A stretch of DNA of 60,462 bases, the filler included, from Welwitschia mirabilis (Eukaryota), in NCBI GenBank assembly GCA_051453625.1. It is 2 parts of one record of this genome, joined end to end, with 100 filler letters (N's around TTAATTAATTAA, not from the genome) between each part and the next. Parts side by side here need not be neighbours in the genome. Positions count along the whole stretch, not along the records: positions 29,823 to 60,462 come from JBOZIK010000001.1; 1 more part is not named here. One strand, written 5' to 3'. The translations under genes and the position numbers were made by a program. Below the pieces are notes generated by a model, which was not told the origin of the DNA, made no database searches, and saw only the letters and a program-made list of their open reading frames with translations. Shown here one piece after another: positions 40,539 through 52,600 of this stretch (positions within the stretch are counted from its first letter, which is position 1; each line of letters begins with the position of its first letter).

Positions 40539-41484
40539 TGTTGGGGGACAGTCTACATATAACGGTCCCAGCACATGCAGTCTACCCATTGTGTAACAAG
40601 GAAAACTGTACATGGATGGGGGAACAAGTATTGTCCTTCATGACAAGGCGACAATGACTAAGCACTGCCTTTGGCACCCACTCCATTCAGTAACTAGTTA
40701 CCCCACATTGGTTCCTGGTACAACTATACTTTGTGCTACTCCTTCTCCTTATCAATCAACATAAGCAGGGCTAGGGGGGTTCCCAATTCAAGAGGCAGCC
40801 AGTCTAGTTACTTGCATTTCTGTCCCAACCCAATTGTTTCTAGTTGAGTAAGTTTGATAGCAGCAAGAAGCAGGCTTCTTAGTGTAGTTATCAAAATGAG
40901 AATACACTACCCCTTCCTCGCATAGAGAGACCCCACAAGGCCGAAGGAGACACATTTGGTTATCGAACAATTAGGTCATAGATGCCGACAAGAGCTACCA
41001 TACCTAGAAACACGTCCGATACAAAGCCCATGACCACCACTAGATTATTCGATTGGTCCACTGGGTTGTAACCATTTCACTAGTGCTGGCACAAGTAGTT
41101 TGTGTTTCATATGTAATTAGGGGTCTATATATGAGTAAGTTGGTAGGGGCAACTATCCCTTCCAACCCCATGTCAAAAGGCCTAGTTGTGCTTTCCCAAT
41201 AGTATAGTGGCAACAACCACTTGTTTCGAGAAGTACATAGTTACTGATAATCTTCTTGTGGTCTTGCATTCACAAGCATGCACCTCTAGCATATATGGGC
41301 TCTGAAATGTGTTCGACTCCTCTATCATGTATAAGGATAGTAGGGGCCTTGACCTATAGAACCTCCCATCTCCACTGCATTATACTATCAAAATTCATGA
41401 ACTTTTCATTCATTATACACTCCTCTGGTATTCTTGCCCCATCACCCGAACATTGGGTTGTGCACGAAATCACTCGTGCCCCCA
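40539..41484 (+). repeat. Putative solo LTR (possibly Tat-like)
   Basis: GC-elevated island bounded by TGTTGGGGGAC and GTGCCCCCA with TATAAG near 41330; no clean TSD and no second copy. Confidence 0.35.
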
Positions 41485-41849
41485 TGTGACATGTAGCCAC
41501 CATTCTCTCTCTCTATCGACCATTCTCTGCTATGATTCCCATAATGAGTTTGGGTATGTGTCCTCATCCTAGGCTGCTCTAAAAATCAAAAACATTTTGG
41601 GATGATGCATTTCCAAGATTGTTTGTGTGTTCTGAATATAAGCTTCAAGTCATTTAAAGAAGTGATAAAGGCTATAGTGATTAATTAGGGTCCTTGTGAT
41701 AGTGTTTTACCTTAGAGCGATGTTGAGACTTTGAAGCAAGATGTCAATTTTTTGTTCAAAAGTTGTCATTAATCTTTAATGGTCTAAATTTACTAAAAAC
41801 TAGCTCTCTAATCTTGGTTTTACGCTTGTGCATGAAAAGCAAGGCTTGC

Positions 41850-42251
41850 TCTAGAAGAGAGGGCAAATGAATCAAGAGTGGCCAGAAAAGTCTTAGATCT
41901 CTTCTGAAAATTTTTGAATCCAAAGTCACAACTATAGAAGAAACCAAAGATCTAAGTATAATGAAACTAGTTGAACTTCAAGGAAATTTACATACTTTTA
42001 AGTGGAAGACCAGTAAGAACAAAAAGAAGAGTGTTGCAATGAGGGCCTTCTAAGACAATGTAAAACAGAAGGAAGATTATTTTGATCAAGAATTGAACAA
42101 TGATGTTAAGGTTCCTCTCCTTGCAAGGAAACATAAAAGATTTCCAAGAAGGAATGGTGATAGCAGCAATAAGCAAACTCTAAAGAAAAGAACTGAAAAG
42201 AAGAGAGAAATACAATGCCATACTTGCAAATGTTTTGGTCATACATTAAAT
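41850..42251 (+). mobile_element. Ty1/Copia gag remnant (UBN2-type region plus zinc knuckle)
   Basis: QKSLRSLLKIFESKVTTIEETKDLSIMKLVELQGNLHTFK (41884-42003) and IQCHTCKCFGHTLN (first Cys at 42216), cut before the last Cys; frameshifted. Confidence 0.8.
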
Positions 42252-42327
42252 CATGGTTGTGAAACTCGGACTTGGCACCAAACTCGTTTGGCTACTTGGA
42301 CTCAGACTCGTTAGCCAAACTCGGCAA
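42252..42327. mobile_element. Terminus of a hAT-type MITE inserted in the Copia knuckle, truncated by gap
   Basis: CATGGTTGTGAAACTCGG start followed by repeated ACTCG/ACTTG motifs. Confidence 0.55.
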
Positions 42328-42667
42328 NNNNNNNNNNNNNNNNNNNNNNNNNNNNNNNNNNNNNNNNNNNNNNNNNNNNNNNNNNNNNNNNNNNNNNNNN
42401 NNNNNNNNNNNNNNNNNNNNNNNNNNNCATTTTATGATTTTTGTATGTGTATGACATTCATTCATTCTATGGTGATGTGTTTAAGTAGGGGACTTATCAA
42501 TATATCAGTGGTTGTGTCAGTTAATAGGTTTTTGGTATCTATTCCTACATGATAAAATTGAACTCAGATTCCATTTTTCTAATTACTAATTATCATAGTC
42601 AAATTGACTCATAATATAGTTGATCACTAACTTTGTCAGGGACTGACAAGGCTAAGTAGGGAGGCTA

Positions 42668-44027
42668 TGTTGTAATGCCAATTTATAGGAATTTGATGGT
42701 GTATTTGGAGTACTTTTGCAGGACATTTATACAGGTTTAGATGTAATTCTGATGATTATGGAGAGTCAATGAGATGATCACGGAAACATGTAATTCTTGG
42801 CATATTTGAAGGCATTTTAGGCATGTTCTAGTACTTAGTGTATTAGAGGAAGATTAATGATGAAGAAGGCTAATTGTCCCCCACTATCATCCCCATAGCA
42901 GATAGGATGATAGCAATATATTAGCCTATTACATAAGCAACTTGGATTGGACCTTGAAGTCAACGAACACCCTTTTCTTAGGAGGTGTCATTCCCATTGT
43001 TATGTTCATGACATAAGGGATTACAACACATTTGGAGCCAACTACAGGGCCAATTGCAAAGTCAAAAGCTAATGAATTATCTGTTCTTATGGGGCTTTAT
43101 CCCTAGTGTCATCCCCACGATAGTGAAGATGACAACTATTTTGTATAAACGAGATTAAATTATCTTATAATGGGGTCATGCGTCCTACCTGTGCTACTAG
43201 GGTTTCTTCTCCAACTTCTAGGGTTATGGTTCTAGAACCTTCAATGTAAAGACATAAATACCTCTCTTGTCCTCACTTCTAATTCATCTTTACATTGAAG
43301 GTTCACTTCTAATTCATCTTTTATATCCGATATTCTTGTGATAGAAGATTAAAGGATAAGAGGTCCATCCAGTAGCTACAGAGAGAAGTTTACATTAGTG
43401 TTGGACTAAGTATCCTCCATTGGGGCACTGCTACATTATTGTAAGTGGATGTAAAATTTTCATAATTAATTCAATTACTCTTTTCACTACAATTATATAA
43501 ATGTCCCTTATGGTTTAAGTTGTTTATAGTTTAGTGATAGTTCTATAGTTTATTTAGATCATAAAGGCAACCTTGATTAAGGTTGACTTATTAGTTTAGA
43601 TTTGCATTACTATTTCATTTCAATTTCATATTGCATTATTCATATTCTATTTGACAAGTCTTATAGATTATGTTGGCTAGGAATAAGTAATAAAACTCTT
43701 CCTAGTTGATATAAGTTATACAAAAATAGTTCTTGTGAAAGGAGGGTTAGAGTCTAAATAGAATCTATCTCATTTCCATTTTCATCCTTTGCATTTCACA
43801 TTCTTTCATCATTTTATTATATTTTTATATTTGATTACTTTCATTTACTAAAACAGAAAAGATTAAAAATACTTTGTGAAATTAATTCTCTAACTTCTAG
43901 CCTAGTGCCTTCAATGGATTACGACAGTCACTCCCATCTATACTAGTGTGTGTTTTTTTTTACAAGTATTATGATTTACAGGTTCGACTAAAGGACTTAA
44001 AAGATTACATAAATTCACCTTGAAACA
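42668..44027 (+). repeat. Family B LTR B3 (3' LTR, probable partner of B1)
   Basis: Preceded by hairpin and PPT AAGTAGGGAGGCTA; ends TGAAACA; right flank ataag against the B1 left flank acaag. Confidence 0.85.
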
Positions 44028-46690
44028 ATAAGTTACTCTTGTGTCTTACATGGTTGGCTATGATATGAAAAAGGAATTTGAGCATGTTTAATGATATGCT
44101 ATCTTGAATAATCCTAATATAGTCTAAGTGGCTACCATAACNNNNNNNNNNCATAACCATCTGTAACATGGAATGTAAGTAAAATGTTTCTAATGATGAA
44201 TCTAAAGAGTGATAATTGGTTTTTGTGAAGAAATCTACATGGAAGTGATTATTTTTTATTGGGTTCATATTTAAAATTCAAGGCATTACAATAGTAAATA
44301 AGGGTTTTGGTTATGTTAACAAGTAACTCATCACGATGTTCCAAATCAAAGATCATCTTTAAATCACCTAGGAAAATAGTAAATAGAGTAATATGAATTC
44401 AGGAATGAAGGATCCAAGGATCTTTATGATCATTATTACATTCTTATAAAACTCTAATACCTAGTTAGAGTTGTAGTAGGCATTTTCTTCTTTCAACAGG
44501 TAGTTCTATCCTCTAGTTTTTATTCTAGCAAGATAGAAGGGAGTATAAATATCAAGAAAAGAAGCAAAAATTCCTTCCTTTATAAAGGATTCTTATCTCT
44601 CACTCAAGGTGATCTACAATGACAAAAATAAGGAAAGAGGCAATAAGAGAAATAAAGAAGAATCAGAACAGTAATGAGTGATGAAGTTAGGAGTAAACAT
44701 CATTGGAAAAATGAAGAAAAATAAATAACAGATAGTCTACTGGATTGAAATTGGATTTAAAAATAAATTGCAATAATAGAATATGCTCTAAAAATGCAAT
44801 GTACGAAGTATGAACTAACTACATCAAAAACAAATAGCAACCTAAGTCAAGGCTAGCAGTGACACCAATGAAGTTCAATAGAAGTGCACAAGCTTAGAGG
44901 ACAAGGTGGAAACAAGCATAATGGTCATGAAAAACTAGCATGCGAGATGTGATGTAAATTCAAATACATGGGTTTTGTAGAAATGAGGTGAAAGTAAAAC
45001 CATTAAATTATCTAGATCTATCAACAGATCAAATTAACTTATCATGGATCTAGACTTGGATGAAAAGGTCATATCACAAGAAACACAAGTGTGTTTTCTC
45101 ATAAGTGAAAAAATGTGATATGATAAGGGTTGAAATAAAAAATAAAAATGGAAAATGAATGAATGAAAATGAAATAATAAATGATACCATGCATCCTATG
45201 AATAAAAGAGACTAGATAAATGCAAGTTAGTGGCCCAAAATTTTTTTTTTTGGTTTCAGAAGTTTTGGATAGTATCTTTTACCAAAACAAAAAAAAGTAC
45301 CAATAAATAGATTTTTTATAATGAAGAGTAGCTAAAGAATCTCAATTTACAATCTATTAAAGTAAGAACATTAAAATATTTCTCTAATTTCATTGAATTG
45401 TATTTCATTTCCCTTCAAATTTCATGAGTAACCATTTTATCCATTTAATCATATTGAGCATTTAGTATTGTTATGCTTTTTTCTAATAGATTTAACATCT
45501 TGTACTTGAAGAATTTAGTATTACATTACAAGCGTCTATAACTTTGATGCTATTGAATGTACCATAAATGAATCATTAAAGTTGCATTACTAGTAGGCCT
45601 CCATGGCCTTAATGAAATTAACTAAACTCAATAGTAGATCCATAAAATAATGTGATTNNNNNNNNNNNNNNNNNNNNNNNNNNNNNNNNNNNNNNNNNNN
45701 NNNNNNNNNNNNNNNNNNNNNNNNNNNNNNNNNNNNNNNNNNNNNNNNNNNNNNNNNAAAATTGTGATGTACGAAGTATGAAGTAACTAAAACAAAAACA
45801 GATAGCAACCTGAGTCAAGACTAGCAGTGACACTAATGAAGTTTAATAGAAGTGCACAAGCTCAGAGGACAAGGTGGAAACAAGCATAATCATCATGAAA
45901 AACTAGCATGCGAGATATGATGGAAATTAAAATACATGGGTTTTGTAGAAATGAGGTGAAAGTGCAACCACAACCATTAAATTACCTAGATCTATCAATA
46001 GATCAAATTGAATTATCATGGATCTATGCTTGAATGAAGAGGTCATAGCATAAGAAACACAAGTGTGTTTTCTCGTAAATGAAAAAATGTGATATGGTAA
46101 GGGTTGAAATAAAAAATGAAAATGGAAAATTGGTGAATGAAAATGAAATAATAAATGATACCATGCATCCTATGAATAAAAAAGACTAGATAAATGTAAG
46201 TTAACGGCCCAAACATTTTTTTTGGTTTCATAATTTTTGGATGGTCTCTTTTACCAAAACAAAAAAAAAAGTACCAATAAATAGATTTTTCATAATCAAG
46301 AGTAGCTAAAAAGTCTCAAGTTATAATCTGTTAAAGTAAGCACATCAAAATATTTCTCTAATTCCATTGAATTTCATTCCATTTCCCTTATACTTTCATG
46401 AGTAACCATTTAATCATATTGAGCATTTAGTGTTGTTATGCTTTTTCTAATAGGTTTGACATGTTGTACTTGAAGAATTTAGTATTGCATTGCAAGCAAG
46501 TATTGATAACTCTGATGCTGTTGAATGTACCACAAATGAATCATTAAAGTTGCATTGCTAGTAGGCTTCCATGGCCTTAACACAGTTAACTAAACTCAAT
46601 AGTAGTGATCCATAAAATAATGTGATTTTGAAGAGCATCAAGAGTTTTCTCTTGTTTTTGCTTTGCTCTTTATCCCCTTGCCCCTCTTTA

Positions 46691-46716
46691 TTCTTCTTCT
46701 TCTTCTTCTTCTTCTT
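46691..46716. repeat. (TTC)8 microsatellite
   Basis: Eight perfect TTC units plus TT. Confidence 0.9.
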
Positions 46717-48976
46717 TTTAAAATAGTTACATGAAATGGGTCACTAACTCATTAGCCTAATAGAGAAACAATCTCATCCCCATGAATAGCTTAAAACAAA
46801 ATCACATCATGAAAGTAGGAAACCCTATTTTTTCTTGAATTTACCACATTGAAGATGCAAAATTTAATAAAGTACTTAAAAAGTGAAAATAACTAACTCA
46901 TGGAAAGGGAAACTTACCAAACCTCATCAACATTTTAAGTGACAAAAGATTACTTTATTATTGGATTCTTGAAAAAGGCCATTAAATAGGATCATTNNNN
47001 NNNNNNNNNNNNNNNNNNNNNNNNNNNNNNNNNNNNNNNNNNNNNNNNNNNNNNNNNNNNNNNNNNNNNNNNNNNNNNNNNNNNNNNNNNNNNNNNGCAA
47101 TTAAATAGGATCATTTGGTCTCATCAACTCATAAGAAGATGGAAGTGTAGATGAGTTTTAGAGGACAAGGGTTCATATAAAAGTGGCGTAGGTGGATGAA
47201 AAGGCTAAACAACTAGGGAAAATAAGTATAATATTGAATTATTTTATAAAACCAAACTACTCTCATAAAGGGGTTACTCAATGGTATGTAACAAGGAAAA
47301 GTCAAAAGTATTAAGGCTATCAGACTCAAGATTATGAAGGTGGGATTAGGACTCTACATATGAGTTCAAAAACTTAGAAAAGGAATTAGGAGTATAAATA
47401 ATAGGATTAAAATATTTCAAATCAAAAGAAGTCAAACCTATATACTATTCATGCTTTTCTAACAAATCTTGTAAAACATTCTTTTAAGATGAAGATACAA
47501 ATGAATGTGTAACAATTGAATGAGTTGGCTCATCACTAAAAACATATTTTATATCTTTAAGAGATGGTTTGAAGCTGGAATAAAGATGATCTAAAAAGTT
47601 AGAATGNNNNNNNNNNNNNNNNNNNNNNNNNNNNNNNNNNNNNNNNNNNNNNNNNNNNNNNNNNNNNNNNNNNNNNNNNNNNNNNNNNNNNNNNNNNNNN
47701 NNNNNNNNNNNNNNNNNNNNNNNNNNNNNNNNNNNNNNNNTGCCTTAAATGTTTTCATGATAGGACTCTACACATGAGTTCAAAAACTTAAAGAAGGCAT
47801 TAGGAGTACAAATAATAGGATTAAAATGTTTCAAATCAAAAGAAGTCAAACCTATATCCTATTCATGCTTTTCTGACAACTCTTGCAAAACATTCTTCTA
47901 AGATGAAGACACATATGAATGAGTAACCATTGAATGAGTTGGATCATCACTAAAAACATATTTTAGATTATTAAGAGATGGTTTTAAGTTGGAAGCAAGA
48001 TGATATGAAAAGTCATAATGTGAATTAAGCTCAAGAAAACAAGGGAGACCAAAAATGTTTTATTCATGAAAGGAAGATTTAAGATCATGACAATTACTAT
48101 CAAGCCCTTCTATAAAGTTAATCCCANNNNNNNNNNGTAATATTCCAAAAAGAAATTTCCATGAAACCATTTCTACAACTGATAAGAAAATTTGAAGTTG
48201 CAAGGAAAGGTCTAGCCAAGATTATAGGAATTGAATGAGTTCTAGCTTGCTTCATTTTCAAAACTATGAAATCTATAAGAAAGTAATATATTCTACTATC
48301 TATATTAGTGATTTCAAGGAATTATTAGCCAATTGCAATTGAAATTTATATTTCTAAGACCATTTAGGCCAAGCCCTTGTTAAATACAGTAAGGACAAAA
48401 AGTTAACATTAGCTCGAAGATCTCGTAAAGCTGGATTAATGTGTTTCTCTCTAATAGTAATGCTAATGATAGGATATTTAAGTTCTTTTTACTTTGAAGG
48501 GATTTGGTTTTGAATTATGGCACTAGTTTGTTGAGCTAAAAAGGCCTTGTTCTTAACATTCATCATTCTCTTAATTGTACATAAGTCCTTAAATAATTTA
48601 ACATATTAGCAGACTTGATTTATGGGTTTTAAAAGATGGATGTTTGTTTNNNNNNNNNNNNNNNNNNNNNNNNNNNNNNNNNNNNNNNNNNNNNNNNNNN
48701 NNNNNNNNNNNNNNNNNNNNNNNNNNNNNNNNNNNNNNNNNNNNNNNNNNNNNNNNNNNNNNNNNNNNNNNNNNNNNNNNNNNNNNNNNNNNNNNNNNNN
48801 NNNNNNNNNNNNNNNNNNNNNNNNNNNNNNNNNNNNNNNNNNNNNNNNNNNNNNNNNNNNNNNNNNNNNNNNNNNNNNNNNNNNNNNNNNNNNNNNNNNN
48901 NNNNNNNNNNNNNNNNNNNNNNNNNNNNNNNNNNNNNNNNNNNNNNNNNNNNNNNNNNNNNNNNNNNNNNNNNNNN

Positions 48977-50357
48977 ATCCACTCCAACTAATCCTTCATA
49001 GCCCTTCATAAGCATGGAAAGCATGAACAAATATGCATAAGATTCATAAAACAATATTAACTACAAAAGATAAGAAATAACCTGAAATAACTCACATGAT
49101 ATGAAAGAACTTGACAATTAAGTAAGCTCAGCTAAAGATTGCTAATACCTATTTCTATGAATTAATAATGAAAGAATGAACCTATTTAAGAACTACTCTT
49201 ACCTAAAAATTGCTAATGTCAAATGAATTATGCAATAATAATGAAAGGATATAAAATAATTCTTATATTAAATATGAAATAAATATACATTACATCAAAT
49301 GGAGAAGAATGANNNNNNNNNNAAGTGCAATGACATCCTAGCCTTCAAGTCTTTTCTATGTTAAGCAAACCAAAAGATCCATTACAATGGGAGCTCAAGG
49401 CCCTTTTATAGATGAGGGAAGTCTTAGAGAGCATTGTCATGATTGCGTTAGGTATTTTCATGATGTGTTAGATGGGTGGTTACATAAGGAAGATTACTTA
49501 AAGGCATTTACATAAAGACAAAGTTACAGTTTTTAGCATGTATCCACAAGGAAATATTCTTCATATTCTTATGCAAACATGGTGATGACATNNNNNNNNN
49601 NNNNNNNNNNNNNNNNNNNNNNNNNNNNNNNNNNNNNNNNNNNNNNNNNNNNNNNNNNNNNNNNNNNNNNNNNNNNNNNNNNNNNNNNNNNCCCTTTTAT
49701 AGATGAGGAAAGTCTCAGAGAGCATTTTCATGATTGCATTAGGTGTCGTCATGATGTGTTAGGTGGGTGGTTACATAAGGGAGGTTACTTAAAGGTTTTT
49801 ACATAAAGAGGAAGTTAAAATTTTTAGCATGTAGCCACAAGGAAATATTCATCATCTTCTTATGCAAACATGGTGATGACATGTATTCTAATTATTAATA
49901 ATAATACCAATGAATACCATGTCATGTATCTTTCATGTGATCATCCTCACTGCACCACATGTCATTGCAATGTGTCGTATTATACTTTCCCCAAATGTCA
50001 TTAGGTTTGAAGATTTATTTGGATTAATTATGACTTATCCCATAAGAGAAATGTAATTAATTCCTTAAAATAATGCATAAAAATGAGTTTTTCAATAATT
50101 TACCTTATAAGACTGGAAATGTCAGTTATCTTAGCTGACAACGCCAATGTTTTATGCTAGAAATACCTCAAATTTGGCAGTGTCTTAAGAAGACAATAAC
50201 AAACCTGCTCATGTTAAGGAAAAGCTAATAGTTTGATGAAAAATAATATGAAGTGCAAAAAACATTATTTTTTGATAAAATCATGAATTTAATGTTCATT
50301 CCTAGGTTAAATTGATAAATTATACTTGATTATAATGTCAATTTTTGCATGTAAATA
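48977..50357 (-). repeat. Probable additional LTR related to family C, nested in the C internal region
   Basis: Right end AATGTCAATTTTTGCATGTAAATA matches the family C LTR terminus at 24830-24853; repeated at about 50850; left end lies in the gap. Confidence 0.4.
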
Positions 50358-52089
50358 ATGTGAATCTTTACTTATTTGAAAATACCAAGGACCTCTTCAT
50401 GTTTTTTTGCTAAGGTGTCTATTCTAAGTTATTGTGAAAAGGGTAATGACATCCTATAAGGTGGATCTTTCTCTTTTATTTTTTTCTTCTACTTCCTTTT
50501 CTTCCTTACTATACTTAGTTGAAACTTCATTCTCATGTGATTTTCTTTACTTCTTTGTTGATCTCTCTTCCACTTCTAAGGTATCTGGATTTAATTTTTT
50601 CAATGTGGAAGTTCTTTACTCTATCAACTATTTTGACACCACTAGGATAAGGCTCATNNNNNNNNNNNNNNNNNNNNNNNNNNNNNNNNNNNNNNNNNNN
50701 NNNNNNNNNNNNNNNNNNNNNNNNNNNNNNNNNNNNNNNNNNNNNNNNNNNNNNNNNTTATTTTGTTATAAAATCATGAATTTTTTTTTTATCTCTATGA
50801 TAAATTAATAAATTATAACTCTTTATAATGTCAATTTTTGCATGTAAATAATGTGAATCTTTACTTCTTTGAAAATATCAAGGACCTCTTTGTGTTTTTT
50901 GCTAAGGTGTCTCTTTCAAGTTATTGTGAAAAGGGTAATGGCTTCTTATAAGGTGGATCTTCCTTTTTAATTTTTTCTTCTACTTCCTTTTCTTCCTTAC
51001 TATGCTTAGTTGAAACTTCCTTCTCATGTGATTTTCTTTACCTCTTTGTTGATCTCTCTTCCACTTCTAAGGTATATGGCTTTATTTTTTTTAATGTGGA
51101 AGTTCTTTAATCTATCAACTATTTTGACACCACTAGGATAAGGCTCATGAGCTCAAAAACATTATTCTTTCTCATGTTGGTTAAGAGATTTAAGAACGTA
51201 AGTAGTTGTTTGATTGAGTTGTTAGATATTTTGCTCTAATCTCTCTAAAGTGGAATAAGTTTCCTAGTTGAACTATTATTGGTTACTATGAATTTGAGAT
51301 TGAGATTCCATGAACTTATTTAAGTGTTTCTTTTAAAGAAAGAGATGATGAATATTGGCTACTGGAAAATGAAGGAAAATAATTAGATGAAGAAGGATAA
51401 GGATTAGATCATGATGATGGATATGGATCCATAAGTTAACTTGTAGATGCTTGGTTGTCATTATTTTGCCTCTATGAAAATTTTGGATGACTTATCCATT
51501 CTAGGTTTTATGTATTGGAGTGAGAATTGCTTGCTATTGGTTTTCTCAATGTTTTTCTATAACATTTACTTGCTCCTTTAATTTTTATTAAAAGTAGGAT
51601 GGATGGACATTCAGANNNNNNNNNNNNNNNNNNNNNNNNNNNNNNNNNNNNNNNNNNNNNNNNNNNNNNNNNNNNNNNNNNNNNNNNNNNNNNNNNNNNN
51701 NNNNNNNNNNNNNNNTAACTTGTAGATGCTTGGTTGTAATTCTTTTACCTCTATGAAAAATTTGGATGATTTCTCCATTCTGGGTTTTATGTGTTGGAGT
51801 AAGAATTGCTTGCTCTTTAGTTTTATCAATCTTTTCCTACAACATTTACTTGCTCCTCTAATTTTTCTTAAGAAGTAAGGTGGATGGGCATTCAGATGTA
51901 TTATTGGTGTTTACATGGCATATTTAACATTTAGTATTGATAATAATGGACTTAGGATTAAGCTAAGTTATTTAATTTTCTTGAATAGTCCTTCTAATTT
52001 GTTATTGATCTTAAAATTTTAAAGAACCTTAATTATGCTAATAGATTTGACATTGTGATGTCATTTAAAAGGTTCATTAGGATTTTTCT

Positions 52090-52600
52090 AGTTCTCTAAC
52101 CTTTCAAAAATTGTTTTTAAAAAGTCACAAGCTTCATCTATATTAATTTTAGAAAAGTTTCCTCTACACACCATTTCTACAAGTTATATATGATTGGAAG
52201 AGAGACCTTTGTAAAAGAAAATAAAGGATTCTTTCATGTTAAAATTTGTATTGAGGAAATTTGAACAACAAATTCTTAAATTTTTTTAATGTTTGAAAAG
52301 AGGTCTTGTTATCTTTTTTAAAAGTTCGAAATCTCTCTCTTAATGGCATTTGATTTATGTATTTGAAAAACATTATTTACTTAAGTCAAGATAAAGAGGG
52401 GTTTTAAAGTGTACAACTAAGTTGTTACCTTTTCTTTAAGGGAAACTGGAAATAATGTTAGTTTATGTGCATAAAATATGTTGGAATTTTGTGGAACAGT
52501 GGATAAAACACATGCAGTCTATATGAGGTGTAGAAAATATCTTTAGATTATAGTCCATGGAAATGTGATAAGTGTTAAACAATGGTTGGTTTGAAGTATA
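52090..52600 (-). pseudogene. Athila gag remnant of family C element
   Basis: Frameshifted pieces FKPTIV*HLSHFHGL, KLTLFPVSLKEKVTT*LYTLKP and FFYKGLSSNHI*LVEMVCRGNFSKINIDEACDFL match the Athila gag motifs (LPTFHG, LFPFSLKDKAxxWL, FYxGL...EA). Confidence 0.8.

Noticed and set aside
40400..41500. Endogenous geminivirus or caulimovirus sequence
   Set aside because: No Rep, coat, movement or RT motif recognised in the listed ORFs; LTR-like termini fit better.
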